Origin: Mycobacteriaceae bacterium
GTDB taxonomy: Bacteria > Actinomycetota > Actinomycetes > Mycobacteriales > Mycobacteriaceae
Length of the DNA stretch: 64,000 bases
NCBI GenBank assembly: GCA_019245755.1
Contig: JAFARC010000011.1
Coordinates: forward strand, 7,086 to 71,085
Direction of reading: 5' to 3'
The notes under the pieces are model-generated. The model ran no database searches and was not told the origin of the DNA. It worked only from the letters and a program-made list of their open reading frames with translations. The translations under genes were made by a program, and so were the position numbers. Positions 1 through 8,291 of this stretch are shown here, piece after piece. How positions within the stretch are numbered: the stretch's first letter is position 1; each line of letters starts with the position of its first letter.

Positions 1-126
1 GCCGCCGCAACCGAGCAGTTCACCGGCGACGCCTATGACGAGCGGCTCGCCGTGCTGGGCAGCCGGGTCCCAATCGACACCGATGAGGGTGCTGGCGCAC
101 CCGGTGCACCGCTGCCAGGCCGATAG
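1..126 (+). CDS. 3' end of an unidentified protein gene (partial; continues upstream of the window)
   Basis: Frame 1 is open from base 1 to TAG at 124-126, with G/C-rich third codon positions (..AAATEQFTGDAYDERLAVLGSRVPIDTDEGAGAPGAPLPGR*). It is too short to assign a family. Confidence 0.3.
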   Translation, partial: AAATEQFTGDAYDERLAVLGSRVPIDTDEGAGAPGAPLPGR

Positions 127-144
127 CGTCGGGTAGGCGGCCGC

Positions 145-1137
145 TCAGCCCGCCGGGCAGTTCGCCCGATCGAGCTGGTAATCCACCAGGTTCTCCTGTA
201 CGTAGAAGGCGCGCATCAGCATGTCATAGGTCGGCACGGCCACCTGCCGCAGGTGGTCACGCAATGCCGCCGGCAAAAGGGCCAATTCGAGCGGCGGCCG
301 ACCGGATGACTCGACCCCGCGACTGGTGGCCGCGTGCTTGACCCATGCGTTGGACGAGTCAGTCAGATCGGGGTCATAGAGCCTGTCGACATTGACGAAG
401 GGCGCCGCCCAGCCGTCGACCATCCGATCGCTGAACTCGATACCCAAGCCGGCACACAGATACCGCAACAGCCGGTCGGGGAACCGGCTGAGCAGCGACC
501 CATCGGCCACAAAACCGGGCAGGCGCCCAACGCAATCGGTGAAATGCGCGCCGATCGCCTGCCAGCCGGTCTTGGAGAAGTTCGTCGACCACTGACTGTT
601 CTGCAGGAACTCGGTCACCATCGCCAGGTGGGAGGGCTGCAGGTCAGCTTGCTGAAGGCGGTCGGTGCCGATGCCGAACAGCAGGTCGTTCGCGGTCCGG
701 GTCACCAGCGACGATACCTGCACCCGCGGATCGCGGATGCACCACACGATTGCACTGCAGATGTCCGTCCACGTCCTGAACACCGGCGCGGAAAGATAGC
801 GCGCGAGGTTTTTCGTCAGGACGATCACCGGTTCGTTCGTTGCGGACAGCAGCGGTTCTGCAGAGCGCATGACGTGCCTCGCGGCGATCTCGGCATTGTC
901 ATGCGACCAGGCATCCGTTGCGGTAGCCGGCGCCGGATCGACGCTGTCGGCCGTAGCGCCCTCGGGCACGCGCCGGAACGGCTCGTCGAGAAAAACACTG
1001 GCTGCACGCGACTCGTTGAGACACCTGCCCAGCGCTGTCGACAGGGACCGGGGCACCGCGTGCAGCTCGATCAGGGTGATCGAGCCCTCCTCGGCGAGCG
1101 AGGAAAGGCGGGAGAAGGCACTCATTACGAGATGCAT
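145..1137 (-). CDS. Hypothetical protein, tentatively sulfotransferase-like (Stf0-type fold)
   Basis: ORF 145..1254 trimmed to the Met at 1137, because the full ORF would abut the divergent GT2 start at 1255. ITLIELHAVPRSLSTAL resembles a beta-strand plus the PAPS 5'-phosphosulfate loop (PRSGST in Stf0-type enzymes; here Gly is replaced by Leu). WCIRDPRVQVSS resembles the 3'-phosphate motif. The functional call is weak. Confidence 0.45.
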   Translation of the reverse strand: MHLVMSAFSRLSSLAEEGSITLIELHAVPRSLSTALGRCLNESRAASVFLDEPFRRVPEGATADSVDPAPATATDAWSHDNAEIAARHVMRSAEPLLSATNEPVIVLTKNLARYLSAPVFRTWTDICSAIVWCIRDPRVQVSSLVTRTANDLLFGIGTDRLQQADLQPSHLAMVTEFLQNSQWSTNFSKTGWQAIGAHFTDCVGRLPGFVADGSLLSRFPDRLLRYLCAGLGIEFSDRMVDGWAAPFVNVDRLYDPDLTDSSNAWVKHAATSRGVESSGRPPLELALLPAALRDHLRQVAVPTYDMLMRAFYVQENLVDYQLDRANCPAG

Positions 1138-1146
1138 ACCACAGCT

Positions 1147-1162
1147 GCGGCCGCGCGGCCGC
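1147..1162. promoter_or_regulatory. Perfect 16-bp palindrome GCGGCCGCGCGGCCGC in a divergent intergenic region; possible operator
   Basis: Read directly: two abutting GCGGCCGC octamers. The 16-mer equals its own reverse complement. It lies between the minus-strand gene start (1137) and the GT2 start (1255). Confidence 0.3.
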
Positions 1163-1254
1163 GGGATTGGCGGCCGGGCCGTCTTGGCAAATCGAGTCCA
1201 TGTCTGCCGGAGATGCGGCACGCTGGGCTCAGCTATCGACGACGAGGAATCCAC

Positions 1255-2136
1255 ATGGCCGCTTCGGTCTCGGTCGTGGTGCCCACCCTCAACGAGGCGT
1301 CCGGCATCGGATCGTTACTGGAATCGCTTCGCCGACAAAGTTATCCGGTCAGCGAGCTGATCGTCGCCGACGGCGGCAGCACCGACGGCACCCGAGACAT
1401 CGTGGCGCGGGATCCGGCGGTGACGCTGGTCGATAATCCTCGCCGGCATGCCGCAGCGGGCCGCAACGTGGCGCTGCGCCGGTGCACGACCGATTGGGTA
1501 CTGTTCACCGACGGCGACTGCCGGCCCGCCCCCGACTGGGCGTTGGAGTTGATGGCCGCGGCCCGCAGCGGGCCGGACGTGGTCGCGGTGGGTGGCCGGC
1601 TGACCGCCGAGCCCGCCACCGCCTTCGAGCGGGTCTGCGCGCGAATGCTGTTGGAGGCGGTTCTGCGCCACAGCGCCGGCTCGAGACCGGTGACCGCCAA
1701 GACCCTCGACGGCGCCCTGGTGACCGCCAACTGTGCCTACCGGCGTCACATCCTCGAACGGGTCGGCGGATTCGACGAACGGTTCGCCAATTTCGGCGAA
1801 GACATCGATTTGATGTTCCGCGTGCTGGACCTGAACGCCGGAAGGCTGCTGCACACCGCCAACGCCGTCGTGGTCGGCGACATGCCCGATACCCTGGGGG
1901 CCACTGTCCGAAAGTGGCGCCAATACGGGATGGCGTCCTCGTACCTGAACAAGTATCACTATCGACGCATCTCGGTCGATGCCGGCTTGTATCGCAGGCT
2001 GTTTGAAACGGTCCGGACGGCGGCCATCGCGTCGGGCGCCGCGCGGACCGAGGCGCTGATCTGCGCGGTTCAGCTGGTGGCCCACATCGGTGGAAAGGTC
2101 GAAGGGTCCGTGCGATTACGGACCGTCAACCTGTGA
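1255..2136 (+). CDS. Family 2 glycosyltransferase (GT-A fold)
   Basis: In-frame ATG at 1255 inside ORF 334..2136. N-terminus VSVVVPTLNE..LESLRRQS, then ADGGSTDGT and a DxD-like FTDGDC, typical of GT2. The upstream part of the ORF overlaps the minus-strand gene and is Arg/Gly-rich junk. Confidence 0.85.
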   Translation: MAASVSVVVPTLNEASGIGSLLESLRRQSYPVSELIVADGGSTDGTRDIVARDPAVTLVDNPRRHAAAGRNVALRRCTTDWVLFTDGDCRPAPDWALELMAAARSGPDVVAVGGRLTAEPATAFERVCARMLLEAVLRHSAGSRPVTAKTLDGALVTANCAYRRHILERVGGFDERFANFGEDIDLMFRVLDLNAGRLLHTANAVVVGDMPDTLGATVRKWRQYGMASSYLNKYHYRRISVDAGLYRRLFETVRTAAIASGAARTEALICAVQLVAHIGGKVEGSVRLRTVNL

Positions 2137-2157
2137 CCGGCGTATCATCGCCACGCA

Positions 2158-3096
2158 ATGAGCGCAGCCACGGATCCGCTCGAGGAGAACATCGTCATCT
2201 CCGAACACGAGCGTCGCAGCGGTCGGCTGTCCGCCGAAAACAGCCGGCTGGGCACGCTGCTGCTGCACGCGCGCGGGTACGTGATCATCACCGGAGCGAT
2301 TCCCGATTTCCTGCTCGCGCAGCTTCAATCGCGCTTTCAGAAGCTGTTCGATGAAAGCCTGCGTTACGTTGAGGCAGGGCTGCGCGAGACCCCGCCGGCC
2401 GACCGGCCAGGCGCCGCGAGCGTGTTCTGGGTGCGGAGGTCCCGTTTCAGGATCTTCCCCAAATTGAGCGGCCCGTTCGGCGACCCTTACGTCCTGCGCA
2501 ACCCGTTTGCGGATCCGATCATCGCGGAAACCCTCGGGGCAGACTATTACTGCAAGTCGCTGTCCAGCGACACCTGTGTCAAAGGGTCGATCCGGCAGGG
2601 CCCCCACCGAGACATCGGCTTCTATGGCGGCGACGGGGTTACGGGCTGCCTGGTCAACATCGCGATCTCGGACTGTGGCCTGCGCAACGGTCCGATCGAA
2701 GTCTGGCCCGGCGGCAGTCACCTATGGCGCGCCGAGCTCTTCGAGAGGTCGGATCTCATGCCATTCATCCAGGACGACGCCAACCCGCCGCTGGAGGCCT
2801 TCGCCGCGCACCTGACATCGAAATTGATCGAGCTGCGGCCCGGAGATCTGATGATCCGCGATCCGGGCATGTTGCACCGCGGCACGCCCAATCCCACCGA
2901 CGAGCCGCGCACGATGCTGACCGCGGGTTACTTCCGCAACGACTACTACTACCCGTACGGCGACACCCGGAACAACCTGGACGAGGGGCGGTACGAAGGA
3001 CTCGATCCCGCAGTGCGGCAATTGTTTTCGCCCTTCTTCGACGAGACCGATCCGCGGTACCGCAAGCTGCGCGAATCACCCGCCGTGCCGGTGTGA
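2158..3096 (+). CDS. Phytanoyl-CoA dioxygenase (PhyH) family Fe(II)/2-oxoglutarate oxygenase
   Basis: Starts 22 bp after the GT2 stop. It has an HxD (GPHRDIG) and a distal His (PGMLHRGTPN) in the PhyH-like arrangement, and the ~310 aa size is typical. Confidence 0.75.
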   Translation: MSAATDPLEENIVISEHERRSGRLSAENSRLGTLLLHARGYVIITGAIPDFLLAQLQSRFQKLFDESLRYVEAGLRETPPADRPGAASVFWVRRSRFRIFPKLSGPFGDPYVLRNPFADPIIAETLGADYYCKSLSSDTCVKGSIRQGPHRDIGFYGGDGVTGCLVNIAISDCGLRNGPIEVWPGGSHLWRAELFERSDLMPFIQDDANPPLEAFAAHLTSKLIELRPGDLMIRDPGMLHRGTPNPTDEPRTMLTAGYFRNDYYYPYGDTRNNLDEGRYEGLDPAVRQLFSPFFDETDPRYRKLRESPAVPV

Positions 3097-3099
3097 GGC

Positions 3100-3960
3100 C
3101 TAGCCGAGCAGCGTTCCGGCCAACAGGTCCGTTTCCCAGCCGCGGTGGTCGCGCCGCCCGGCGGTGCCGGCCGCCAGCACGTAATGCTCTTCGGCCAGGA
3201 CGGGCAGCGCGACGTTGTTGGACAGCACGAAGCAGCGGCGATCGGGTGAGAGGCTGATCTGAGTCGCGTGCGCGGCCAGCGCGGCGACCTTGGCCGGTAG
3301 GTGCTCTGCCACGTCGATCACCGCGTCGACGGCGCTATCGGGTCGGCAAAAGCCCGCTTCGGCCAGCTCGGGAATGCGGATCCAGCCGGACGGGATTTCG
3401 GTCAACGCGTGCAGGGCCGCCCGCAGGGCGCCCGCAGCCAGCACCGTCCAGTAGACCTTCGGCACCTGCCATTGCGCGGCCGGTAGCGCGGCGGTGGTGA
3501 TGCGGTGGGTCTGCACGTGGTCGGGATGACCGTAACCGCCCCCCGGGTCATAGGTGACGACCACGTGCGGACGCAGTCGGTCGATGATCGCGACAAGTTC
3601 GGCGACCGCGTCGTCTGCGGCGTCGACAAAGCTGGTCCGGTGCGGCCGGGGTTTGGGCGGCATGCAAGAGTCCCGCCAGCGACCGGCGCCGCCGAGGTGG
3701 ATCGGTTCATCGACACCCAGCGCATGCAGCGCCTGTGCCAGCTCGCCGATGCGGTAGCCACCGAGCTGGTCGGCTTCCTCGGCCGCCAGCGCCCGACATC
3801 GGTCCGCGAGGACACCGCCCTCCTCCCCGAGCGTGCAGGTGACGACGTGCACCCGGGCGCCGCGGGCCGTGTAGTGCGCGATCGTGCCACCGGTCGTGAG
3901 GCTTTCGTCATCGGGATGGGCGTGCACGAACAGCATCCGCGGGGTCTCCCGAGCGCTCAT
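3100..3960 (-). CDS. mshB: MshB-type (LmbE/PIG-L family) N-acetylglucosaminyl deacetylase
   Basis: ATG at 3960 gives [66 protein letters not shown]. The AHPDDE and HPDH zinc motifs and overall collinearity match my recollection of mycobacterial MshB. Orthologue versus paralogue cannot be decided here. Confidence 0.8.
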   Translation of the reverse strand: MSARETPRMLFVHAHPDDESLTTGGTIAHYTARGARVHVVTCTLGEEGGVLADRCRALAAEEADQLGGYRIGELAQALHALGVDEPIHLGGAGRWRDSCMPPKPRPHRTSFVDAADDAVAELVAIIDRLRPHVVVTYDPGGGYGHPDHVQTHRITTAALPAAQWQVPKVYWTVLAAGALRAALHALTEIPSGWIRIPELAEAGFCRPDSAVDAVIDVAEHLPAKVAALAAHATQISLSPDRRCFVLSNNVALPVLAEEHYVLAAGTAGRRDHRGWETDLLAGTLLG

Positions 3961-5078
3961 GACACCCGGAACTTCGGTGATGTGCGCGGCAGAGACCCCG
4001 GACTGGCCGGGATGAATTCGATCGGCGCACCGATGGTCGTGGTCAGTGCATCGGTGACCTGGCGGATCGCGCGGGCGGAGCGATCCAGCATCTCGACGCG
4101 GACGCAGATCCCGCGCCCGGATCGGTGCAGCGACCATTCCAAGCCGCACAACCCGCTGTCCAGCAGCAGCGTGTCGATGTCGCGCAGCGCCACCGGGCCG
4201 CCGGCGGTCTGCAGCATGGATGGCGGACGACCAATATAGTGGAATCCGAACGCGCCATCGCGGGCGGCGGTGTGGGTCACCTCGACGATGTCATCGGTCC
4301 AATAGCGTTGCAGCGGGCGGGCTTTGGGCCACAACGTGGTCAGCACCAACACGCCCCGCTGCCCCACCGCGCACGGTGACATCGCGGCCGGGTCGATCAC
4401 TTCGACGATCACCGGTTCGCAGCGCCACACCAGGGGCTGACCCGCCTCGCCCGGACCTGCCAGCGGCCCGAACAATTCGGAACAGCCGAACATGTTCAGC
4501 ACCTGCGCGTCCCAGATCGCGGCCAGCTTCGACTGGCGGGCCTGACACAGCACATCGCCCGCGCAAAAGAGAACACGGATACCAGTGGGACTGCGGCGGC
4601 GGGTGGCCAGAAAGTGCTCTGCCAGCCGCGATGCCACCAGCGGCAGCGTGAACACCACCTCGATGCCCCGGTCGACGAGGGTACGCCAGATCGCGTCCGG
4701 GTCAGCCGGCTCGATGAGACAGGGCAGCCCGCCGCTCAATTCGATCTCGCGGAGCAGGAAATACGCGACGGCCAGCGGCGGCCCCGGCGCGATCACCGCG
4801 CACCGCGCCCCCCGAATCGGCGGGCAGTTCTCGTGGATGCTGCGCGCGGTGCTGTCGGCGATCTGCTGATCCGCCTGCGACCACGGCGACCAGACCGGCT
4901 CGGCGGTGGTCCCGCTGGAATGCAAGCGGGCGATCCAGCTGCCGGTTTCCGGGTAGGGCCGCGGCACGCCGCGAAGGTCGGGCTTGTGCGTGAACGCGAC
5001 GCTGCGCCAGCAAGCGCCGTCGAATCGGTTCGTGCCGTCGCCGGGCGGGCATCCCCGGGCGCAGCCGAACCAGCCCAT
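3957..5078 (-). CDS. PaaK / coenzyme F390 synthetase-like adenylate-forming ligase (divergent)
   Basis: SSGTTAEPV (A3/P-loop-like, lacking the usual G-K), [43 protein letters not shown] and IGRPPSML follow the order of PaaK core motifs. The stop overlaps the mshB-type start (ATGA, 3957-3960). The N-terminus is short for the family, so the start is uncertain. Confidence 0.7.
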   Translation of the reverse strand: MGWFGCARGCPPGDGTNRFDGACWRSVAFTHKPDLRGVPRPYPETGSWIARLHSSGTTAEPVWSPWSQADQQIADSTARSIHENCPPIRGARCAVIAPGPPLAVAYFLLREIELSGGLPCLIEPADPDAIWRTLVDRGIEVVFTLPLVASRLAEHFLATRRRSPTGIRVLFCAGDVLCQARQSKLAAIWDAQVLNMFGCSELFGPLAGPGEAGQPLVWRCEPVIVEVIDPAAMSPCAVGQRGVLVLTTLWPKARPLQRYWTDDIVEVTHTAARDGAFGFHYIGRPPSMLQTAGGPVALRDIDTLLLDSGLCGLEWSLHRSGRGICVRVEMLDRSARAIRQVTDALTTTIGAPIEFIPASPGSLPRTSPKFRVS

Positions 5079-5279
5079 CGCCGCCTCGAGCCGAGCCTCA
5101 TCGACGGTTGCCGGCGAAACGAATCCTTCAGTGCAGTCAAATACCCGCCGATGCTATTGCGCCCGCTGCGACCCCCGGGCCGTTTCGGGCAAGGATGCGC
5201 GGCGGTCGAGCGCACGGGGCATACTTGCCTGATCTGCTAAGCGAGCGTCCCGCTTGCCCGGTGCCCGAACCGTAGGACG

Positions 5280-6752
5280 GTGAACGTAATGGCTTCCGGC
5301 GCACAAACAGGCACGATCACGACGCAGGTGCCTGCGCGGCTGGACCGCCTGCCGTGGTCGCGGTTTCACTGGCGAGTGGTCGTGGGTCTCGGCTCGGTCT
5401 GGATACTCGACGGCCTCGAGGTCACGATGGTCGGCAACGTGTCGGCGCGGCTCACCGAGGCCGACAGCGGGATCCGGATCAGCGCAGCCCAAATCGGCGT
5501 CGCGGCCGCCGTCTACATCGCCGGAGCGTGCCTCGGAGCGTTATTCTTCGGTCAACTCACGGACCGCTTCGGACGCAAGAAACTCTTCATGATCACCCTC
5601 GGGGTGTATCTGAGCGCAACGGTGGCAACGGCTTTCGCGTTCGCCCCGTGGTACTTCTTTGTCACCCGGTTCCTGACCGGCGCGGGCATCGGTGGCGAAT
5701 ACGCGGCAATCAACTCCGCGATCGACGAACTCATCCCCGCGCGTGCGCGTGGCCGGGCGGACCTGGCGATCAACGGCTCCTACTGGCTTGGATCGGCCGC
5801 AGGTGCGGCGGGCGCACTGCTGCTGCTCAACACCGCGATCCTGCCGCCGAACATCGGCTGGCGCGTCGCCTTCGGGATCGGCGCGACTTTCGGGCTGATC
5901 GTCCTGGTGATCCGGCGCCATGTGCCGGAAAGCCCGCGCTGGCTGTTCATCCACGGGCGCAACGACGAGGCCGAGCGGATCGTCGCCGAGATCGAGGCGG
6001 ACGTGCGGCGCGAGGCGCGGAACAGGCTGGCCGAACCGCACGGGTCGCTCACCATCCGCCAGCGCAGAGCGATCTCGTTCCGGGAAATCGCGACAGTCGC
6101 GTTCACGCTGTACCCGAAGCGGGCATTCCTGGGGCTCGCGTTGTTCATCGGCCAGGCCTTCATGTACAACGCCGTGACCTTCAACCTCGGCACGCTGCTG
6201 CACGGGTTCTACGCGGTGCCTTCCGGGAGGGTTCCGGTGTTCTTCATCCTGTGGGCGCTGAGCAACTTCGCCGGCCCGCTGGTGCTCGGCCGCCTCTTCG
6301 ACACCCTCGGCCGAAAGCCCATGATCGCGCTGTCGTATCTCGGGTCGGCCGCTATCGCGGTGGCGCTCGCCTGGGTTTTCGTCACCCACGCCGGCGGGGT
6401 ATGGACCTTCCTGGTCGTGCTCGCCGCGTGCTTCTTCCTGGCCTCCTCCGGCGCCAGCGCCGCCTACCTGACGGTCAGTGAGATCTTCCCGATGGAAACC
6501 CGAGCGCTGGCCATCGCCTTCTTCTACGCCCTCGGCACGGCCATCGGCGGAATCACCGGCCCACTGCTGTTCGGACAGCTCATCAGCTCCGGCGACCGTC
6601 GACTGGTTGCGCTGTCGTTCCTGATCGGTGCGGCAGTGATGGCGATCGCCGGCGCGGTGGAGGTGGTCCTGGGCGTCAAGGCCGAAGGACGCAGGCTCGA
6701 GGACATCGCGTTGCCGCTCACCACCGCCGACGCCGGGGCAGGGCCGCGCTAA
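5280..6752 (+). CDS. MFS transporter (12-TMS, metabolite:H+ symporter-like)
   Basis: LDGLEVTMVG.., GQLTDRFGRKKLF (MFS loop 2-3 motif) and multiple hydrophobic spans. GTG at 5280, with an ATG at 5289 as an alternative start. Confidence 0.85.
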   Translation: MNVMASGAQTGTITTQVPARLDRLPWSRFHWRVVVGLGSVWILDGLEVTMVGNVSARLTEADSGIRISAAQIGVAAAVYIAGACLGALFFGQLTDRFGRKKLFMITLGVYLSATVATAFAFAPWYFFVTRFLTGAGIGGEYAAINSAIDELIPARARGRADLAINGSYWLGSAAGAAGALLLLNTAILPPNIGWRVAFGIGATFGLIVLVIRRHVPESPRWLFIHGRNDEAERIVAEIEADVRREARNRLAEPHGSLTIRQRRAISFREIATVAFTLYPKRAFLGLALFIGQAFMYNAVTFNLGTLLHGFYAVPSGRVPVFFILWALSNFAGPLVLGRLFDTLGRKPMIALSYLGSAAIAVALAWVFVTHAGGVWTFLVVLAACFFLASSGASAAYLTVSEIFPMETRALAIAFFYALGTAIGGITGPLLFGQLISSGDRRLVALSFLIGAAVMAIAGAVEVVLGVKAEGRRLEDIALPLTTADAGAGPR

Positions 6753-7162
6753 CCGGCGCTGTCGGACCCGCCGTCGGACTGGTTCTCGGACTTGCTCTCG
6801 GACTTGTCCTCGGGCTGGTTCTCGGACTGGTTCTCGGACTTGCTCTCGGCCTTGTCGCCCTCCTGGCCGAATTTCGGGTTGCCCTCGTCGTCGAGCCACT
6901 CGTTGACGGCGGTGCCGGTGACGGTCCGATCCGAACCGGGCAGGGCAACGGTGTCGATGTCGTCCTTGTAGGCCTTGCGCATCTCCTTGGCCTTTTCCTT
7001 GGCCGACTCGTCGACCTCGGGCTTCTCGGCGAGCTGACCCGCACGTTCCGGGTTGTCGTCAGAATCCTGCTGCTGGTCGTCGTCAGAATCCTGCTGCTGC
7101 TCGGCGTCCTTGTGGGCGGCGTCTTCTTCCGTGGCTTGGCCGGTGTCTTCTTCTGTGGCCAT
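6749..7162 (-). CDS. Small highly acidic, low-complexity (likely disordered) protein with internal repeats
   Basis: 137 aa, rich in D/E/Q/S, with QQQDSDD x2 and an SE[NK]Q-type tetrapeptide array. Third-position G/C bias is consistent with coding. I recognise no family. Confidence 0.55.
   Translation of the reverse strand: MATEEDTGQATEEDAAHKDAEQQQDSDDDQQQDSDDNPERAGQLAEKPEVDESAKEKAKEMRKAYKDDIDTVALPGSDRTVTGTAVNEWLDDEGNPKFGQEGDKAESKSENQSENQPEDKSESKSENQSDGGSDSAG
6773..6856. repeat. Seven tandem copies of a 12-bp unit (consensus CTCGGACTTGNT) inside the acidic-protein gene
   Basis: Read directly: gtcggactggtt / ctcggacttgct / ctcggacttgtc / ctcgggctggtt / ctcggactggtt / ctcggacttgct / ctcggccttgtc. 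The repeats are in frame and encode the S-E-N/K-Q repeats. Confidence 0.85.
7052..7099. repeat. Two tandem copies of a 24-bp unit (GTCGTCAGAATCCTGCTGCTG core) inside the acidic-protein gene
   Basis: The 21-nt core is identical at 7055-7075 and 7079-7099. It encodes QQQDSDD twice. Confidence 0.8.
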
Positions 7163-7250
7163 GATTGGTGTCCGTCCTATTCGCAGTGCTGGAGTTCAAA
7201 CGGCAGTAGAGGACTGCCCGTATTGGCGGCGCGCCAAACCGGGCAGCGCG

Positions 7251-8189
7251 CTACCCGAACAGCGGCAGCGCGCGCTTGCGCGCCAGCGCGTCCATCCCCG
7301 ACTGGATGCGGTCCTGCACTTCGCGGTATTTGCGTTCGACGTACTCCTCGTCGTCGGCGCATTGCGGATCGTGATCCAACTCCACCGCGGGCATGAAGCG
7401 GGTGCGGATCTTCGCGGGCAGGGGAAACTGCGGCAGGGCCGCCGGAGCGATGCCCCACGGCAGCGATATCGCCAGCGGGAACACCTTCAGCCGCAGGAAC
7501 CGGTCCAGCCGCAGCGCCCGCGACAATCGGTCGCCGCGGATGAGCACCGGCATCGCGTCGGCTCCCCCCACGGTGGCGATCGGCACAATCGACACGCCAG
7601 CGCGGATCGCCATCTTCACGAAGCCGGTCCGGCCGGCCAGATTCGCGCGGTCGCGCTCAGTCCACGGCCGCAACGAATCCACCTCGCCGCCGGGCCACAG
7701 CGCGACGTCACGTCCCTGGGCGAGCGCGGTGGCGATGGAGTCGGGCGCCGCGGGCAGCACGCCCATCGCGCGGAAGTACCGGCCGATCACCGGGATGGCC
7801 ATCAACGCGTCATGGGCGGTTCCGTGCAGCGGGCGTTGCTGGCCGAACCGCCGCCACCACTGCACCCCCACCGTCCAGGCATCCCAGACGAACGGCGCCC
7901 CGGAGTGGATGCCCACCAACAGCACCGGCGGATCCGGCAGGTTCTCCCAGCCGTCCATCTCCATGCGAAACCAATGATCGACCAGTGTGTTCCAGAAGTA
8001 CTTCTGGCGCTGCATGGCGGCCTCGTCCTGGCCGACGCCCAAATCCCAGTCACCTGCGCGTTTGGCCACCCACCCACTGACCCCGCCGGATTGTTTCTCC
8101 CGCTTGCGGGCCATCTTGCGGCGCGCTTCGTCGGCGTGTTCATGGGCTTGCTCTTTCAGCTCAACCGGCCTTTGGTCTGTTTCAATCAT
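7251..8189 (-). CDS. Acyltransferase (PlsC / lysophospholipid acyltransferase-like)
   Basis: ORF trimmed to the ATG at 8189 (MIETDQRP..). LLVGIHSGAPF (H-box-like), WPGGEVDS and GFVKMAIRAGVSIVPIATVG resemble the glycerolipid acyltransferase blocks. Confidence 0.7.
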   Translation of the reverse strand: MIETDQRPVELKEQAHEHADEARRKMARKREKQSGGVSGWVAKRAGDWDLGVGQDEAAMQRQKYFWNTLVDHWFRMEMDGWENLPDPPVLLVGIHSGAPFVWDAWTVGVQWWRRFGQQRPLHGTAHDALMAIPVIGRYFRAMGVLPAAPDSIATALAQGRDVALWPGGEVDSLRPWTERDRANLAGRTGFVKMAIRAGVSIVPIATVGGADAMPVLIRGDRLSRALRLDRFLRLKVFPLAISLPWGIAPAALPQFPLPAKIRTRFMPAVELDHDPQCADDEEYVERKYREVQDRIQSGMDALARKRALPLFG

Positions 8190-8291
8190 GGGCACTGGGT
8201 ACCCGGCTGTTGCCGATCGACACCGAACCCCTTTCCGGGAGACTATGAAAAAGAGGTTCGGGTCAACCACTACTCGAGCAGGAGGTAGGCC

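Noticed and set aside
334-1254. N-terminal 307 codons of the 600-aa ORF 334..2136
   Set aside because: This part overlaps the minus-strand gene and is Arg/Gly-rich. The GT2 signature begins right after the ATG at 1255, so the ORF was trimmed.
5541-6899. 452-aa minus-strand ORF and the 375-aa plus-frame ORF 5354..6481
   Set aside because: Both overlap the MFS transporter gene. They are highly charged Arg/Asp/Glu/Gly strings without hydrophobic spans or motifs.
6773-7099. Short tandem repeats considered as a possible CRISPR-like or intergenic repeat array
   Set aside because: The units are 12 and 24 bp, directly abutting with no spacers, and in frame within a coding sequence. They are minisatellite-type coding repeats, not CRISPR.
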